Assembly: GCA_039096225.1 (NCBI GenBank)
Contig: JBBPEB010000020.1
Coordinates: 372,001 to 436,000, forward strand
Length of the DNA: 64,000 nt
Reading direction: 5' to 3'
From: Blastocystis sp. Blastoise
Lineage: Eukaryota > Protista > Bigyra: Opalinata
The translations under genes and the position numbers were made by a program. The notes beneath the pieces are model-generated. The model was not told where the DNA came from, ran no database searches, and was given only the letters and a program-made list of their open reading frames with translations. The stretch's first letter is position 1. The number at the start of each line of letters is the position of its first letter. This document shows positions 30,426 to 48,160 of the stretch, in pieces.

Positions 30426-30491
30426 CTTATATCAGGAATTGAACCTGATTACAATCATTTACTGATTATAACTCTCCATATAGAGTATAAG
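30426..30491 (-). ncRNA. tRNA-like cloverleaf, copy 3
   Basis: CTTATA/TATAAG; CTCT-ATATGG-AGAG; TTATAATC-AGTAAAT-GATTGTAA; TCAGG-TTCAATT-CCTGA; T5 run ~14 nt downstream. Confidence 0.7.
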
Positions 30492-30676
30492 AAATGTAAT
30501 AAATAATAGATAATAAATAATAATATACAGTAAATTAAAAATAATAGATAATAGATAATAAATAATAATAGATAATAGATAATAAATAATAATATAAAAT
30601 AAATGATAAATAATAAATAACAATAGATAATAAATGATAAAAGATACAAAAAGCCAAATATATATGATTTTATGCA

Positions 30677-30723
30677 GCCGCGGTCCGGGGCCGTTAGGCA
30701 CTGGACCTGCGGCGTGACCCTAG
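30677..30723 (+). mobile_element. Helitron-type 3' end, second family (candidate 5' TC at 29533)
   Basis: GC hairpin GCCGC-GGTCC...GCC-GTTA-GGC...GGACC-T-GCGGC, then 6 nt and CTAG^T. Confidence 0.75.
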
Positions 30724-30959
30724 TATAAACAATTCACTTTGAGTATAATTAAAGAACAAAAGTAAAAAATATTACATAATATTTATGCAAAATTTTAATA
30801 CAACAAAAAACATGCTTTGCTACATAATATATTTTGTATTTGTTATGTAAATAAAAAAAAATAATATTTTGTAATATTTTTCTATTATATTCAAAAACTA
30901 AAAAATAATTAATGATATAACAAAAATTTCTGGCAGTAGTGCCTATTGTATCAAATATA

Positions 30960-31760
30960 GAACAGGATATATATATAAGAAAATGAGATATGATAAAAGT
31001 ACTATAACAATCCTTCTGTAGTTACAGTTCAATGAAAACAATCATGTGAAAGGGCTGTTCTTAATTCCAAGACGATAAAGGAACTTTTGATTGTATTATT
31101 AGCCCAAGGATCTGATTCATTAAAGGAACTCCTATTTATTGATATACCAAAAGAAATATTCAATTCTTCACATATTGTTGAATCACTTGATGATAGCAAC
31201 TTGTTATCTATATAAAAAAAATAATTTAGATAAAATATATATATATTTTTATTCAAAGATTTTAATAAATGTTACTGTTGTTTTTTCTACATCCAATGTT
31301 GACGATGGAGTTAAACGAATAGATAATTCGTATCTTCTTTCATATGACTCATTAGAAACTCCTTTTCTGTCCAAGGCACTGTACTATATACAAATAAACG
31401 ATGAACTGTTCTTACGAGTCTGTGATTATGGAAGCGCGATGAGATCAACAACAGGAGTCTACTTCTTTTTTAAGGGTTTCGAATCAGTTCAAAAGTTTTA
31501 AAGCATAGCCAAATTCTTAGTCTCAAATATTATTGTTGCAGATATTCATGTTAGCAAACTTCATGACGAAACTTGGACTAGTAAGGTACTTATACATATA
31601 TTGCTTATATCTAACATATACTAATATATTATATACGAATTTGTATCTATAGAATAAATGAAAACGAAAAAGAAAAGAAAAAGATATATATTTCTTGCAA
31701 TGATGTGTGCCCATACACTGTTTTTGCTCCTGTTGGTAACTTGAAAAATCATGTTTTTTT
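30960..31760 (+). pseudogene. C-terminal remnant of a CACTA-like transposase
   Basis: VDDGVKRIDNSYLL...KALYYIQI...STTGVYF aligns with IDEGVEKLDNSYLM...KALEYIQI (48287 ORF) and IDEGVMRIDNSYLL...KALWYIQI (60639 ORF); contains stops/frameshifts. Confidence 0.85.
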
Positions 31761-32753
31761 CCCTCAAGCTTGAAATAGAGAACTGAATACAAAACATTTT
31801 AAAAATATATAAAAAAATATTATATAGATATAGATACGGCTGTAGTAAAGACGTTGCTAGGACTGATTATCATATTTGAATTAAAAATAGTTTTGTTTTG
31901 AGTGCTGTATAATGTGAATCAGTTCGTATTCAAGGAGTTTTTTCATATATTTGTATAGCTAAAAGCGAAGTATTTTTTTTGACGATATTCAAATTTTTGA
32001 GCAAACATCTTATGTATTTATATAATAAGGAGGTATTTAAAAAATGTTCATCAGAAGAATCTTCTGTTTTTAATTGACGAAAGTAATTATTTTTGATTAT
32101 TTTCTGTTTTTAACTACAAGAATAATATTTTTTGGTGTTTTTATAAAAATTTGGTAATTTTCAGGTTATTTTTGTATTTCAGTTGTATTTCCCGTAGGGA
32201 AATCAAGTGAAATCAAAAATACCTGAAGAATCAAAACAAATTGATCAATCATTTGTAGTTTTATTGAATAAAGCGCGATTATAGTTATCACTTGTCTTAA
32301 AAATTTAAAAGTTCAATAATTGGAGAGAAGCCTGGTTACCTGATCAATCACAATAACGGATGACATTCTCAATAATAAATATCGATATTTTTTGAGATAC
32401 TCTATTGTGTTTGATTGCTTTTTTTATATTTGATTTCACAAACAAAAATCAATAACGATTGATATAATTTTTTACAAAAAAAGGTATTTACATAGCAAGT
32501 GATATTATCAAAACATATATATTCTATCATTATTATATTACACTTATAATTGCTATTAAATATTTTTATGGAAATATATAAAATGATCCTATATTATATG
32601 ATTGATATATCTAATTTTTTATATGAAAAAAAATATCAAATTGGCCAAATATGGACATCATTAGCAATATACCATTCAATACTTTCACCACAAATGAATA
32701 TTTTAATTACAATAGTTTTACATAAATAATTATTTTGTAATAGTAGTTTAATA

Positions 32754-33918
32754 ATGGATGAAAATCCTGCTCCTATACTAGAGTTTAACTACTTTAGTCA
32801 TGACTTTGAAGCCGAATTACAAGCAGAGGTTACACTTTATGAACTTGATAATACTATTGTCAACGTTGATGAAGATGAAAAAGCATTATATCCAACTTTA
32901 TTACATGCAAAATTGTCGGATACAAGCTGTGAATCGTTGGTAGGTTTTTCTCAATCCGTAGTTGAAGAAATAATTCAATCAGGTATATAATTTATTTATT
33001 TAACTAAACTAAATAGTTATGCTACACTTTAAAGGAGAAAGATCAAAGTCATTTCCACCAAACGAATCAATATTTCTAGGTTTAGTTTACTTGAAGAGAG
33101 CAATACCTATAAATACTATTGCTTCGCAGCTGAAAGAGAAAGGATCAAAGGTAAGAACAGCTATTATTAAAGGTGTGGATGCTGTTTCAAAATGCTTTGT
33201 TCCGTTTGATGCAACTCTTGGATGTCCAAGACTCACTACGAAGTTGCTTCCTGTTGAGAAAGAAAGACTAACTGAACCTACTAGAAACTCAAGATTCATC
33301 ATTGATGGCAGAAACCAGCGTCTATCATCTATTAGCTGCTCATTCGAACAGAGAAAGAAGTATTTCTCTCACAAATTAAAAGGTATTGGTTTATCATCAC
33401 AATATATAGTTAATCATGAAGGTTTTTGTCTTTATGTAAGCCCTTCTATGCCCTGCTCAAATGCAGATATTTCTATGTATAGGCTCTTTAAACCACAAAT
33501 CATGGCAGGTATCAATGAGCTGATGACAAACATTGGAGACTCTACTAGCTACGTCTACATAATGGGTGATAAAGGCTATCGTTGTGAGGACTGTCCAGAG
33601 TTAATTACTCTTGCTACCGGCTGTAATGATATTACCTATAATAGATATAGAATACTAATAGAAAACTTTTTTGGCAGGATGATTAAAGTCTTTCGTGCTG
33701 CTAAAGAACTGTTCATGCTTTCCGAAGAAAGATTTGATGCCTTTAACCTTGCCCTAGCATATCTAACTAATATGCATATAAAGTTATCACCCTTACGCCA
33801 AGAAGAATACAAGTTACTCGTTGTGTGTTATGATAAGATCGAACAGCTCCACCGTCAAAAGGCAACAAAACACAAAGAATCACAACAAAAGTATTTACGT
33901 TCAATCAATAACAATTAG
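32754..33918 (+). CDS. ISL2EU/PIF-Harbinger-type DDE transposase (HTH + DDE_Tnp_4-like); exons 32754-32982 and 33017-33918
   Basis: FIIDG, YFSHK, SNAD, MGDKGY, RILIENFFGRM motifs; HTH-like ESIFLGLVYLK; 34-nt in-frame intron. Confidence 0.88.
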
Positions 33919-34928
33919 ATCAGTATGTTTAGTTAGTTTCTATATTTATTCCTATATATTATAATTATATAGAGTTCTACATAGTTGTAGTAATAATAAA
34001 ATGATGATAGATAGTAAAAATATATACAAAAGTTATTCAGTTAACCGTTTGTTATGTAGGCCAGTACCATATAAATTAAACTATTATTACTTGTTTTGTT
34101 TATTTTTAACGTATGTGTGGTTACTACGACGAGAAATAGTGATACTAAACTAAATATATATGATATCAACCTACACAAATGATATAGTATTATATAAATA
34201 AAATATTAAAATAACTGTAAGTATATCGTTCATCATAATCCTTTTGTAGAGTTATATTAATATCCTTAATTTAATTCTACAAAAGTACGGTGTCTCACAC
34301 ACTTTTTGTGTTATTGACTTTGTTATTAACTTTTATAAAATAAAAATAATATCATAAAATCCGGAACACAATTCTGAAAATGACTGTTAAAGAAATTTTT
34401 CGAAAACTCTAAATTTCTGGCTAAAAAACGCAAAAAACCATTTTCGCACAAAATTTTAACCAAAATTATTGGATTATTTTTATTTTATCCATATTATTCA
34501 TTTTTATGAAAACACTTATTTTTCTATTTTCTTTTTTTTCTTATTTTTATTATATCTACCCGCATTTTTTGTATTTATTTTTATAAAATTAACTTTTATT
34601 GACAGGTTGGTCTTATAAATAGTTTTGACGGGTAAATTTGTTTATATTTAGAACTTGACAACATATCAATACACACATCACTAACTATAAACTCTAAAAT
34701 GGTTTCAGTTGTTATGATACTGACCTCAACTACTCTGAAACCACAATAATTCCTTTAAATAACAACAAAAGTCAAACTGATATCCGACACATTCCTTTTA
34801 AATAAACTTATTTGAGCTTTAATGTATTTATTTAACTCTATATCCGTCATAAATATGTTTTATATTTTAATAATATGTTTTAAAAGAGAAATATTTGTTT
34901 ATAAAAATTTTTCATCTTTGATACCCAA

Positions 34929-35230
34929 TTTTGTTATCATCAGATCTCAGTCAATATTCAACATATAATACAAGTAAAAACATATTTAGATATTAGACAA
35001 CCTAAATGTCATCCATTTTTTATATTTTTATTTAATATCTAATATTGACCGAGATATGTTAATTTTAATTAAAAACATAAAAATTAAAATTTTCGGAAAA
35101 GGGTATATTTTGTTATCATCAGATCTCAGTCAATATTTTATAAAATAAAAAGGTTAAAGCTTATTTAGATATAGCACGACGTAAATGTCATCCATTTTTG
35201 CCATTTTTTCAAAATATTAAAAAATGAAGT
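34929..35230. repeat. ~180-bp imperfect tandem duplication inside a non-coding transposon
   Basis: ttttgttatcatcagatctcagtcaatatt...tatttagatat...taaatgtcatccattttt at ~34929 and ~35108; a third copy is split between 35861-35888 and 53689 onward. Confidence 0.9.
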
Positions 35231-37881
35231 CACAGGAGACAAGAGTTGAACTCAATAAAAAAATGATGTTCGAAATTTTTGTTAAAAATTTTTTCATTTG
35301 TTTGTTGTCAATGATTTCATTTATAATTAATATATTTGATATTTGACTTCATATTTAATAACAACGTACAACAATAAACATATTTTACAATTTTCTTTTG
35401 TTTTTAAAAGACTTCGACAGCAGATCACCAGACAATGTTAACTTAATAAACTCTTAAAACGTTTTAATATGTGTTTAGAACCACTCATGGATACTATATA
35501 TCACTTATTTGAAAAAGTTAAGACAACATGTTGAACTGATACTGACAATGTTTGTCTTAAAAAGTTAGTTATGAGTCTTTATGAGTTGTATATGTCATAA
35601 ATAAGCTTAAAATAAATAAATTTGTTTTTAATTGTCTTTAATTAGTGAAATAAGTCGTTTAAAAAGAAGAAAGCATTTTGGATACTATAGTTTATTTTGA
35701 CAATTTCTCCATCAATATTTATTTTTAAAAAATAAATAAAACTTATATAGAAACTAGATAACATATAGTTTATATATTTATAAAAATATTATCAAAATAT
35801 AAAATAACTTTTGAGATAAAAAATTATATATGAAAAACATAAAAATTATTATTTTTCAAAAAAAGGGTATACTTTATAACATTAATTTCACTGTCAGGCA
35901 CTTTTGAGTTTTTGAAGGTTTTTGATTGGCTAATTTTCGTTCAGAACTTATTCAGCCAATAAAATTTGAATAAAAAAAAGACTTAGGCAAAAAAATGAAA
36001 ATTTTCACAAAAATTTTAAGACGACTTTTTATTAGACTTTAAAAACCCTATTAGACATATTTTAATAAAGAATTGACAATATTTTCTTGTTTTATAAGGT
36101 CACACAATATCAAAAACGTTTTTCTTTATTTTAAAGTCGCAATTCTGGCAAATAATGGGGTCAATATTTTAAAACCTTTTGTTGCTCTGTTTAAAGTTTA
36201 GATCCTCTTAGAGTCACAAGAATGTGTAAAAGTGAATAAAAAGACCTCTATGGGTCAAAACCAAAATTCAGCCAAAAAGTCAAAATTTTGTATTTTTTCT
36301 ACACTGAAAAAATGAGACGAGCCTTTTTATCTGGCAGACAGTTAGACCAGATTTTTTGAATTGTATTTTATTTACGGGAAAAATTTTGTTGTTCAAATCT
36401 GAGTGTATTTATATTTGAGAGCATATCACAGGAGACATGACTTCTAGGATTGTTTTTTTAGTTTATTTTATTATGGTAAAAAGGAATCCAACAGAAAAGT
36501 TTGTTTGAATTTTAAAATAGACCATCCTTTTCCAGAATCAAATAAGACTCCTTCAAATCAAACTATTTAGACATTATTTTACAACCAAGCAGTTGTATTA
36601 GTCATAAACAATAGTCTTTTAAAAGTTTTGCATACTGATTAAGAATATAGAGAAAATTAACTTTTTATTTTTATGCTACAACTCTTGGGATACAATAATA
36701 AAGCATCAAACAAATAATTTAAAACTACTTACTCATAAAAATAATTTACAAATCGAAAATTAAATGAAAAATAAAATTTACGAAGAAAAGTCTTCGTTTC
36801 CGAAAATTCTTCGTGTTAAAGCGAAGAATTAAATATTATTCAAAAATATGTCTTTATATTTTATTTGTCATAAAGATTTTCCTCTAGAATATATTGTGCT
36901 TTAGGCATGTATGTTTAAAATAGATATGCTATATATAATTCTCTTTGATGTTTATAATTAACATATTTCTATATAGATTCTTCAATTATCTGACAGAACT
37001 TATCGTTTTGATTATTTTCTTAGGTCCTAAGATACTGTGAATGTATTGAATGGATTTGTTGTTTATTATTATCACAAGGTAATTAGCATTTATTTATATT
37101 TTATTTTATAATAGGTTTTTTGCTTCTTCTCTATGTGGATTACTCTAAGAGATGCCTTGGAATCGTTGTTATTTGTATATATCTAAATTATTTGAATTTT
37201 ATGCATTAGCACATTTTCTTTTTAGTTCATATTAATATTTATCATTTGATTTTGTCACTTTGTTTCATTTATAAAATGAAATTCTAACGTATTTATTTAT
37301 ATATAGAATTTTTGCCAAGGTGATTACCATTCATAATGTCCGTAGTTTCTTCTACAATCATTTAATATGAATTATCAACACGCTTTATATTGTTTTGTAT
37401 ATTATTATTATATTTATTATTATATTTATTATTATGTTTATTATTATATTTATTATTATATTTATTATTATGTTTATTATTATGTTTATTATTATATTTA
37501 TTATTATGTTTATTATTATGTTTATTATTATATAGTTACAAGTGTATTCTAATACAGAATTATTAGTAGAATTATCATGTACATATATATTTTATAATAT
37601 TTTAACAAATGTTACTCTAGGTAAATATTGTAATATCAAACATTCTACAACGAATAATACTACTATATCTTCACCTACTAATGAATCTATGATTAACAAA
37701 GCAAAATTACTATTCAAACAAGAAAACACGGTAAATCATGAAGAACCTACTGCAAAAACACATATTTCCACGGCTATTCATGAGTTAGATCAAGATCCAG
37801 TATTACCTACTGATTTATATATAATATCACTTCCTACATACCCTTGTGATCTTAATGTTGACAAACTACAAAAGATGTATA

Positions 37882-37935
<54 letters not shown>

Positions 37936-37936
37936 G

Positions 37937-40615
<2,679 letters not shown>

Positions 40616-40961
40616 CTCCTTCTCATGCTTATTTATTACCTCGTATTCCTTTTATTCTTCCTTCTTATTCATTCCTTAATATATATACACATAAATATAA
40701 ATATACACATCAAACATTAGAATTATTTTTAAATATAAAGGAATATATAGCTCTATAGTCATGTACTTACATATGTATGCTATATATATTATTATTATAT
40801 TTATTATTATTACGTTTATATTTATTTATTTATTATCATTATATATAGAATAATTATATATAGAATAATAAAGATGATAATTATAACTGAATATATGAAA
40901 TGTTATCTGAAATAGCATTATCTCCTTCACAAAATGAATCTATAGTTTAATATATAAATAG

Positions 40962-41119
40962 AATTAAGTTAGATAATTAGTGGAAAAATGAATATATGTC
41001 AACATTTGCATATTTATTAATGATTAATTGAATTACTGGAAGATCTTTCTTTGATATCTCACAATATTCTGTATTCCCGTGGTTATACCAACAATATGAA
41101 GGAGATAAGATTGATTTAA
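40962..41119 (+). pseudogene. Single captured exon of a BEACH-domain gene
   Basis: *WKNEYMSTFAYLLMIN*ITGRSFFDISQYSVFPW matches the BEACH start W....ISNFEYLM.LN..AGR++NDL.QYPVFPW; stops at 40978 and 41029. Confidence 0.85.
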
Positions 41120-41334
41120 TGTGTATATATATATATATATATTATTATATATATATAATAATATATATATATTATTATATATATATATTATTATATATAT
41201 ATATATATATTATATATATATATATGTTTTTATTATTATATATATGCTTATTATCACTATTATTACTACTGTTATTAATATACATATTAATATTATTATA
41301 CTCTATATTTAAATAATATATTATTTTCTTCTAG

Positions 41335-42423
41335 ATGTTAATAATATGAGTATTGAGCAATATATCAATAAATCAATATTATTTCCTTTATTAACTCTTG
41401 TACCTCCTATATTAAATGCCGATCATACTCCTCCTCCTCTTATACCTTCATCTACTTATACTATTCCTTCATTTCCATTCCCACGATTAAGAAACTGTGA
41501 TCTCCCCATGGGAATACATAATTTAGGAAATACTTGCTATATGAATAGTTTTATTCAATTACTAAGTAATAGTGGTTATATAGATGGTTTATTACATATA
41601 CCTACAGAAGGTATAGTAATAAAGAGAAATGATAAAGATATATATACAGATATTCATGTTTGTGTGAAGAACAACCCATTTACTACAGAAAGAAATAATT
41701 TAAGAATTACTTCAATTCCCCACGGGGGACAGCCTATTGTTAGTCAAGATAAAACTCCTGTTTGTTGTGTATCTCTACATGTTAATGATGCTCTCTCTGT
41801 TACTAATAGTATAGGTACTAATATATATAATCCAGATACTATTAATGCTGTTCCTCATTCTAAAAGTAGTTCGGCTTCTATTCCTGTTTCTGTATTCCCA
41901 CAGCCTCCTAAACTTATTGTTCCAGAACCTCTATTAGCTCCTCTTGGCATGTGCGCATCCCCCTCTATCTCACGTGTTCCTTCAATAGATATACCTATTA
42001 TGCCTTCTATGACTTCAAATGACCATTCTTTAGTTTTACCGCCACCAAAATTATCGCCAACTCCATCATCATTAAGAGCTATACAATAACTTATCTGTGA
42101 TTTAGGTTATGGTAGTTATCATTGTGGGGATCCTTCGAAATTGATTGATACTTTAACTGATTTTGAAGGAAATAAAAAGGATAAAAACACAATTTGATTT
42201 AAGTGAATTTTGTAATGTTTTATTTGATAAGATTGAGAAAGAAGGAGGAAATAAATGGATTGAAAACATGTTTTACGGGAATATGTGTAGTTGTACCAGT
42301 AGTTTAAAATGTTCCCATGTTTCTCTTCGTAATGAAACTTTTACTATATTAACTGTTAATATTAATAAAGTTAATGTATATATATATTTTATTTGGTTTT
42401 ATTATTATTATTATTATTATTTG

Positions 42424-42493
<70 letters not shown>

Positions 42494-43450
42494 GTCTGTT
42501 GAATAAACATTACAGCAAACAGTTGCTATAAATGAATTAGTTGGAGATAACCAATGGAAATGCAGGAATGTTTTAAGAAAGTTAACGCCTATCGACGTAC
42601 AGTGATCGATTATACGAAACCATTACTTATGATTAGTATAAATCGTATTCAATTTGACTATAATACAATGACTAGAACTAAGGTATATTATTATTATTAT
42701 TATTATTATTATTTATATTATTATTATTATTATTATTATTATATAGATTAATTCTTATTGTTCATTCCCTATGATTTTAAATGTATTTCCATATACATAT
42801 ACTGGTCTGATTGGCAAGATATATAATACAGCTGGACAGTATATATATATATATATATATATAATTATTATTATTATTATTATTATATAGACTTGTACAT
42901 GATTCTCTTTGGGATGTTAAAGATAATGAAAATCCTCATATGTATATATATATATATATATATATGTTCTATTCTATAACTCTATATATATATAGAAATG
43001 AAGAAGATTGTTATTATGAATTAATTGGTATTCTTGTTCATAATGGTACTGCTGGTATATATATTATATAATATATATATCTTCTTTCTTAATAACTCTA
43101 TATATATATAGATAGTGGACATTACTATTATTTCGGTAAATCAGAGAATCCCATGAATAAGCAACGTTACGGTGACGAATCCGATGATTTTACAACGGAT
43201 AAAGATCAATGGTATTTATATAATGATAGTGAAGTACTAGAATTTAATCCTGAAAAAATTGAACAAGATTGTTTTGGAGGAAAAGAAAAGGTATATATAT
43301 ATATATATGTAATAATTATGATTATATTTTATTCTATTATATGCATTATATTATTACTCAAAATTCTTTATAATTTCTTAATTATATATATATATATAAG
43401 ATAATACAGAAAAGACTTATAGTGCTACTGTACTTCTTTATAGTCGTATT
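41335..43450 (+). pseudogene. Captured ubiquitin-specific protease (peptidase C19) catalytic region
   Basis: Cys box GIHNLGNTCYMNS, QFDLSEF, GDNQWKC, His box YELIGILVHNGTADSGHYY, WYLYND, DCFGG; stops at 42087 and 42504; frameshifts near 42190 and 42563. Confidence 0.9.
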
Positions 43451-43675
43451 CAGCATCATAAGGATATGACACCCATTCCTTCTTTTGCTAAACAATCAAA
43501 TGACTCTTATTCTACATCTATATCCCCGCGGTTATCAGGATCCTTCTCTTCTATGAATAATAATACTTCTGCTCCTCCTTGTAGTTCCTTATAAACTTAT
43601 ACATGTAATAATATTAAGAGAAGTGATACATTATTTGAACTCTATTCACCTTATATTGGTATATATATATATATA

Positions 43676-43749
<74 letters not shown>

Positions 43750-43764
43750 AGAATATTTATTTAG

Positions 43765-44240
43765 GTATAAATATAATACAAATGTTAAAATATCATAAAG
43801 AAAAAGGATTTGAAGATATTGAAAAATATCCAGATATGCTTAAAGTATATAATTATTATTATTATTATTAGTATTATTGAATATAATTTTGTTTATACTT
43901 TATCTTTTTATATATATTTATATGTACCTATTATATAGGTAGCTGTTCTATATTATATATATATTTTTTCATCTGCTTATGAACCAATTTCTATTTGGTC
44001 TCAAACTATAAAAATATGGTATATATATATATATTTACTTATTTATTATTATACTTATTATTATATTTATATAGTTTAATATGTTCACCAAGTGTGTCTC
44101 TTTGGTTCTTAACTATATATATAATCATACTTCTATTTATCCTCTTCTCTCTCCTCTTTGTCCTGATAGCTTCTAAAAAGCCACAACAGACTGTCTCTGT
44201 AATGCTATGAAAAGCATTACTCTTAAATATAAACAAGAGT
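43765..44240 (+). pseudogene. Short exons of an unidentified membrane-protein fragment
   Basis: Three small GT-AG exons with a hydrophobic segment (WFLTIYIIILLFILFSLLFVLIA) and an in-frame TGA. Confidence 0.4.
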
Positions 44241-44419
44241 ATATATATATTATATTATATATATATATCATTATAAGTATAATTTATATTTATTATTATC
44301 TTTTTAAATTATAAAATATTATTAATATTGAGCTATTCTTTATTGTTTTTATATTACATTATTATATATTATTATTATATATTATTATTATATATTTATT
44401 ATTATATTTCCCTTAATAG

Positions 44420-47400
44420 ATTTACATGTCCTTCTCCTCTTGTATTATGTCCTGATAATACATGTAAACCTTCATCTTTTTATTGTTTTCAAACACCTCT
44501 TTGTCGATCTCCTTATATAAATTGTCCTAATGGAGGATGTGCTTTATTCTATCAACAATGTAGACCTAGTATCTTATGTACTTTTGAAAAACCTATTCTT
44601 TGTGATAATGGTACTTGTGTTGAAAAGAATCAAGATTGTTATTCACAAATTCACTTTATTGAAAGAAATCAACAAGGAAGTATATATATATATATTATAT
44701 ATAAAATAATAATAATATATTTTTTAGAAACAACTACAACTACAAATATAACTATTCCTTCTCCTTCAATATTATTAACATCTCATTGTCCTTCTGCTTA
44801 TCCATATTATTGTTCTTCTAGTAAAACATGTGTACGAAATAGTTTATTATGTTCAAGTCCTGTTATTTGTCCTACTACGAGTCCTATATTATGTGATACT
44901 GGTTATTGTGTATCTTCTTATTCATTATGTACTGATGAATCTAATTATCATTGTCCATTAGGATTCTATATGTGTGATTATCAAAAAATATGTGTAGAAC
45001 ATTCTTATTTATGTCCTACTATATCTGTATGTAGAGATAATGAAATGAGATGTGAAGATGGAGGTTGTTATATGATTGAAGATAGTACTTATGGTGTTAC
45101 CAATATATTCCCTTATATCTATAATTCTTTACAAGAATATAATGAAGAATATTTAGATATAACAGAATATCATGAAAAATCAGATTTAAATATAAAACAT
45201 ACTATAGAACAATGTGTTAGTAAATATTTAGAAATGTATATTGATGTATGTAATATATATAATAATAAAGAAGATATAAATAATTGTATTGATAAAATAA
45301 AAGATCGATATCAACATTTATGTTCACGTAATTATCAATTTTATCCTTGTAGAAGATATAATATACATTATAGTGATGATAGTTATTATATATATAGTAT
45401 ATCTCCCTATTTTATACCTACAGGAGATCCTATTGCTTCTATAGAAGGATCTTTAACTTCTATAAATAAATATTATTGGGATCCATTATCTACAGATACA
45501 TCTTTTCAATCGAATATCTTATCGAATTCTATTCCTTCTCCTCTTTGTCCTAAAGGTAGTAAACGATGTATAGATGGTAGTTGTATATCTCAAAGTGAAC
45601 AATGTCCTTCTTATCGTATATGTCCAAGAAATAAACCTATTTTATGTAGTGATGGATTATGTCATTATCATCAGAATCAATGTCTTAATACTATTCATTG
45701 TCCTATTAATTATAAATTATGTAATGATGGTAGTTGTATATTTATAACAAAGAAATGTCCATTATTATATTGTCCAACTACAAATCCTATATTATGTTGG
45801 GATCAATCATGTCATGTTTCTGAAGATGATTGTCCACCTATACCTCCTTATGTACCTTCTAATTGTCTTAATGGAAAATGTATTACTACAGGAGCAAGAC
45901 AAGTTACTAAATTTACTAGTTTCTGTAGTATTCATGGAGAATATGTTAAAGATCGAAGTGATTGTATTAATGGATATGAAGGTTATTATAGTATGTGTTT
46001 ATTGTTATTTTATTTTATTTTTTTTTTATTATTTGTATTTTTTTTTTATTTTATAATAAATATCTTTTTATAGATAAATATTCAATGGAAAGTGATCATT
46101 ATGTGACTGGTTTTTGTAGTTATGATAAATATTTATGTTCTGATGGTACATGTGTTCGTGATTCTTCTTTATGTTCTGAACCTTTATGTCCTATGTTTAA
46201 ACCTTATAAATGTATTTCAGGATTATGTGTATCTTCAAAAGAAGAATGTACATCGAATGATAATTGTAATAATGATCAATTTAGTGGATGGTGTCATAAT
46301 ATATTAATATGTTATACAAAAGATAGTTCAAAGAATAATATAGATATTTATCATTCTTCTTGTGATTGGACTTGTAATACTAATGGATATATTCGTTGTT
46401 TAGATGGTACATGTCGTCAATCTATAGAAGATTGTCCTCTTTCGAATGGTTGCTCTTCTTCTAAACCTAAATCATGTTATAATGGTGAATGTATTAAAGA
46501 AGATGAAGAATGTAGTCGTATGTTTGTTTATTTTTTTTTTTTTTATTTTATTATTTTATTATTTTATTTTTTATTTTATTTATAATAATAAATAACTATT
46601 ATCTAGCTTTATGTGTTGCTCCATATAAACAATGTGAGAATGGTTTGTGTATGATATCTACTTTTTATTGTCCTTATTCTTCTTATTCATTTATACCTGA
46701 AGATACATCTCCTTCTCCTTCTTTATTTGTTAATTCATTATTGAATACAGATATAAATAATAATAGTTATATAAATAAAATAATGAATAATATAAAATCT
46801 ATAATAAATACTCTATATAATACAATAATCGATTCTTTTATGAAATATATGGATAAATCTTTCTTTACAGAAAATAATCTTCAGAAATCTCCTTTATTAA
46901 ATGAATATGAACATACATTAATAAATAATAATAATAAACTATCCTTATTTTCTTCAGAACTCTTTGAATCTCCTTTAGTTTATTTTGTAGATCGTCAATA
47001 TTTATATTCTTATTTTTCTAGTCTTCCTTCATTATGTAGTGAAGATAAACCAATTCGATGTGCTATAGGTATATGTGTGAAATCGTATACAGATTGTCCT
47101 TTGATTATGCCTTGTAATACAAGTAATTATAATACAAATTATATTCGTTGTTCTGATGGTAGTTGTCGTGCTTCTTCTTCTTTATGTACTGATCGAACTA
47201 TATGTACATCTCCTTATAATTATATGTGTAAAACAGGATTATATAATGGATTATGTGTTGAAAAAGAAGAAGATTGTCTTAGTGATAATGGTAAGGTTTA
47301 TTATTATTATATTATATATTAATTAATAAATAATAAAATAATAATAATAATATATATAGGTTGTCCAGTATCATCTCCTTATAAATGTCCAACAGGTCGT

Positions 47401-47883
47401 TGTGTGAAATATTCTTATAATTGTACAACTGAATATACATATCATTCTTGTCCTCATGAAAGACCTTATAAATGTATTCGAGGAGAATGTGTAAGGAATG
47501 CTAATGAATGTACATTTATTAATGGTTGTTCTCCTCTTCATCCTATATTATGTTCTAATGGTACTTGTGTTTCTACAAGAAATGAATGTTCTTCTATTCT
47601 AAATTCTAATACATATTCTTGTCCTATTAATCAATCTTATATATGTCCAAATGGTCAATGTGTTTCTCATCCTTCACAATGTTTATTATTCAATAGATGT
47701 TCTATATATCATTCTCAAGCATGTGCTTCTGGAGATTGTATTCCTTTACATGGTCAACGATATTCACCTATTTTATTATCTTTAAATATTATAAATGAAG
47801 ATCAATCTGATAATTATTATAATTCTATAGAAAATTATATATTATTATATAAAAATAGTCTAAATGAATTTATAATACTCTGA
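44420..47883 (+). pseudogene. Captured internal portion of a Cys-rich repeat (CPxxxPxxCxDGxC) surface/secreted protein gene
   Basis: Dozens of CP...P..C.[DN]G.C repeats over five exons; no start, signal peptide or anchor visible. Confidence 0.75.
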
Positions 47884-48160
47884 TTCTTCGTATATTTTAT
47901 ATAACAATATGAAAACTTCCTTTTAATATTATGAATACATTATCTATGTATTCTTTATTAGTATATATAATATCTCCTTTATATTTTTTCCGTTAATGTT
48001 GTCAACTATTTCCGTATTTACAAATTAAAAATAAAATTATATATGATAATTAGAAACTTAAATGAAAGCACGTAAATTTATATATAAACCAAACAAAAGA
48101 TTATTATATATATTTGGATTTATATGTAATACATAATCAATATATGGATATGCTTTTGAG

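Noticed and set aside
40962-43450. A genuine BEACH-USP fusion gene
   Set aside because: Only the first BEACH exon is present, and both parts carry stops; they lie within transposon cargo.
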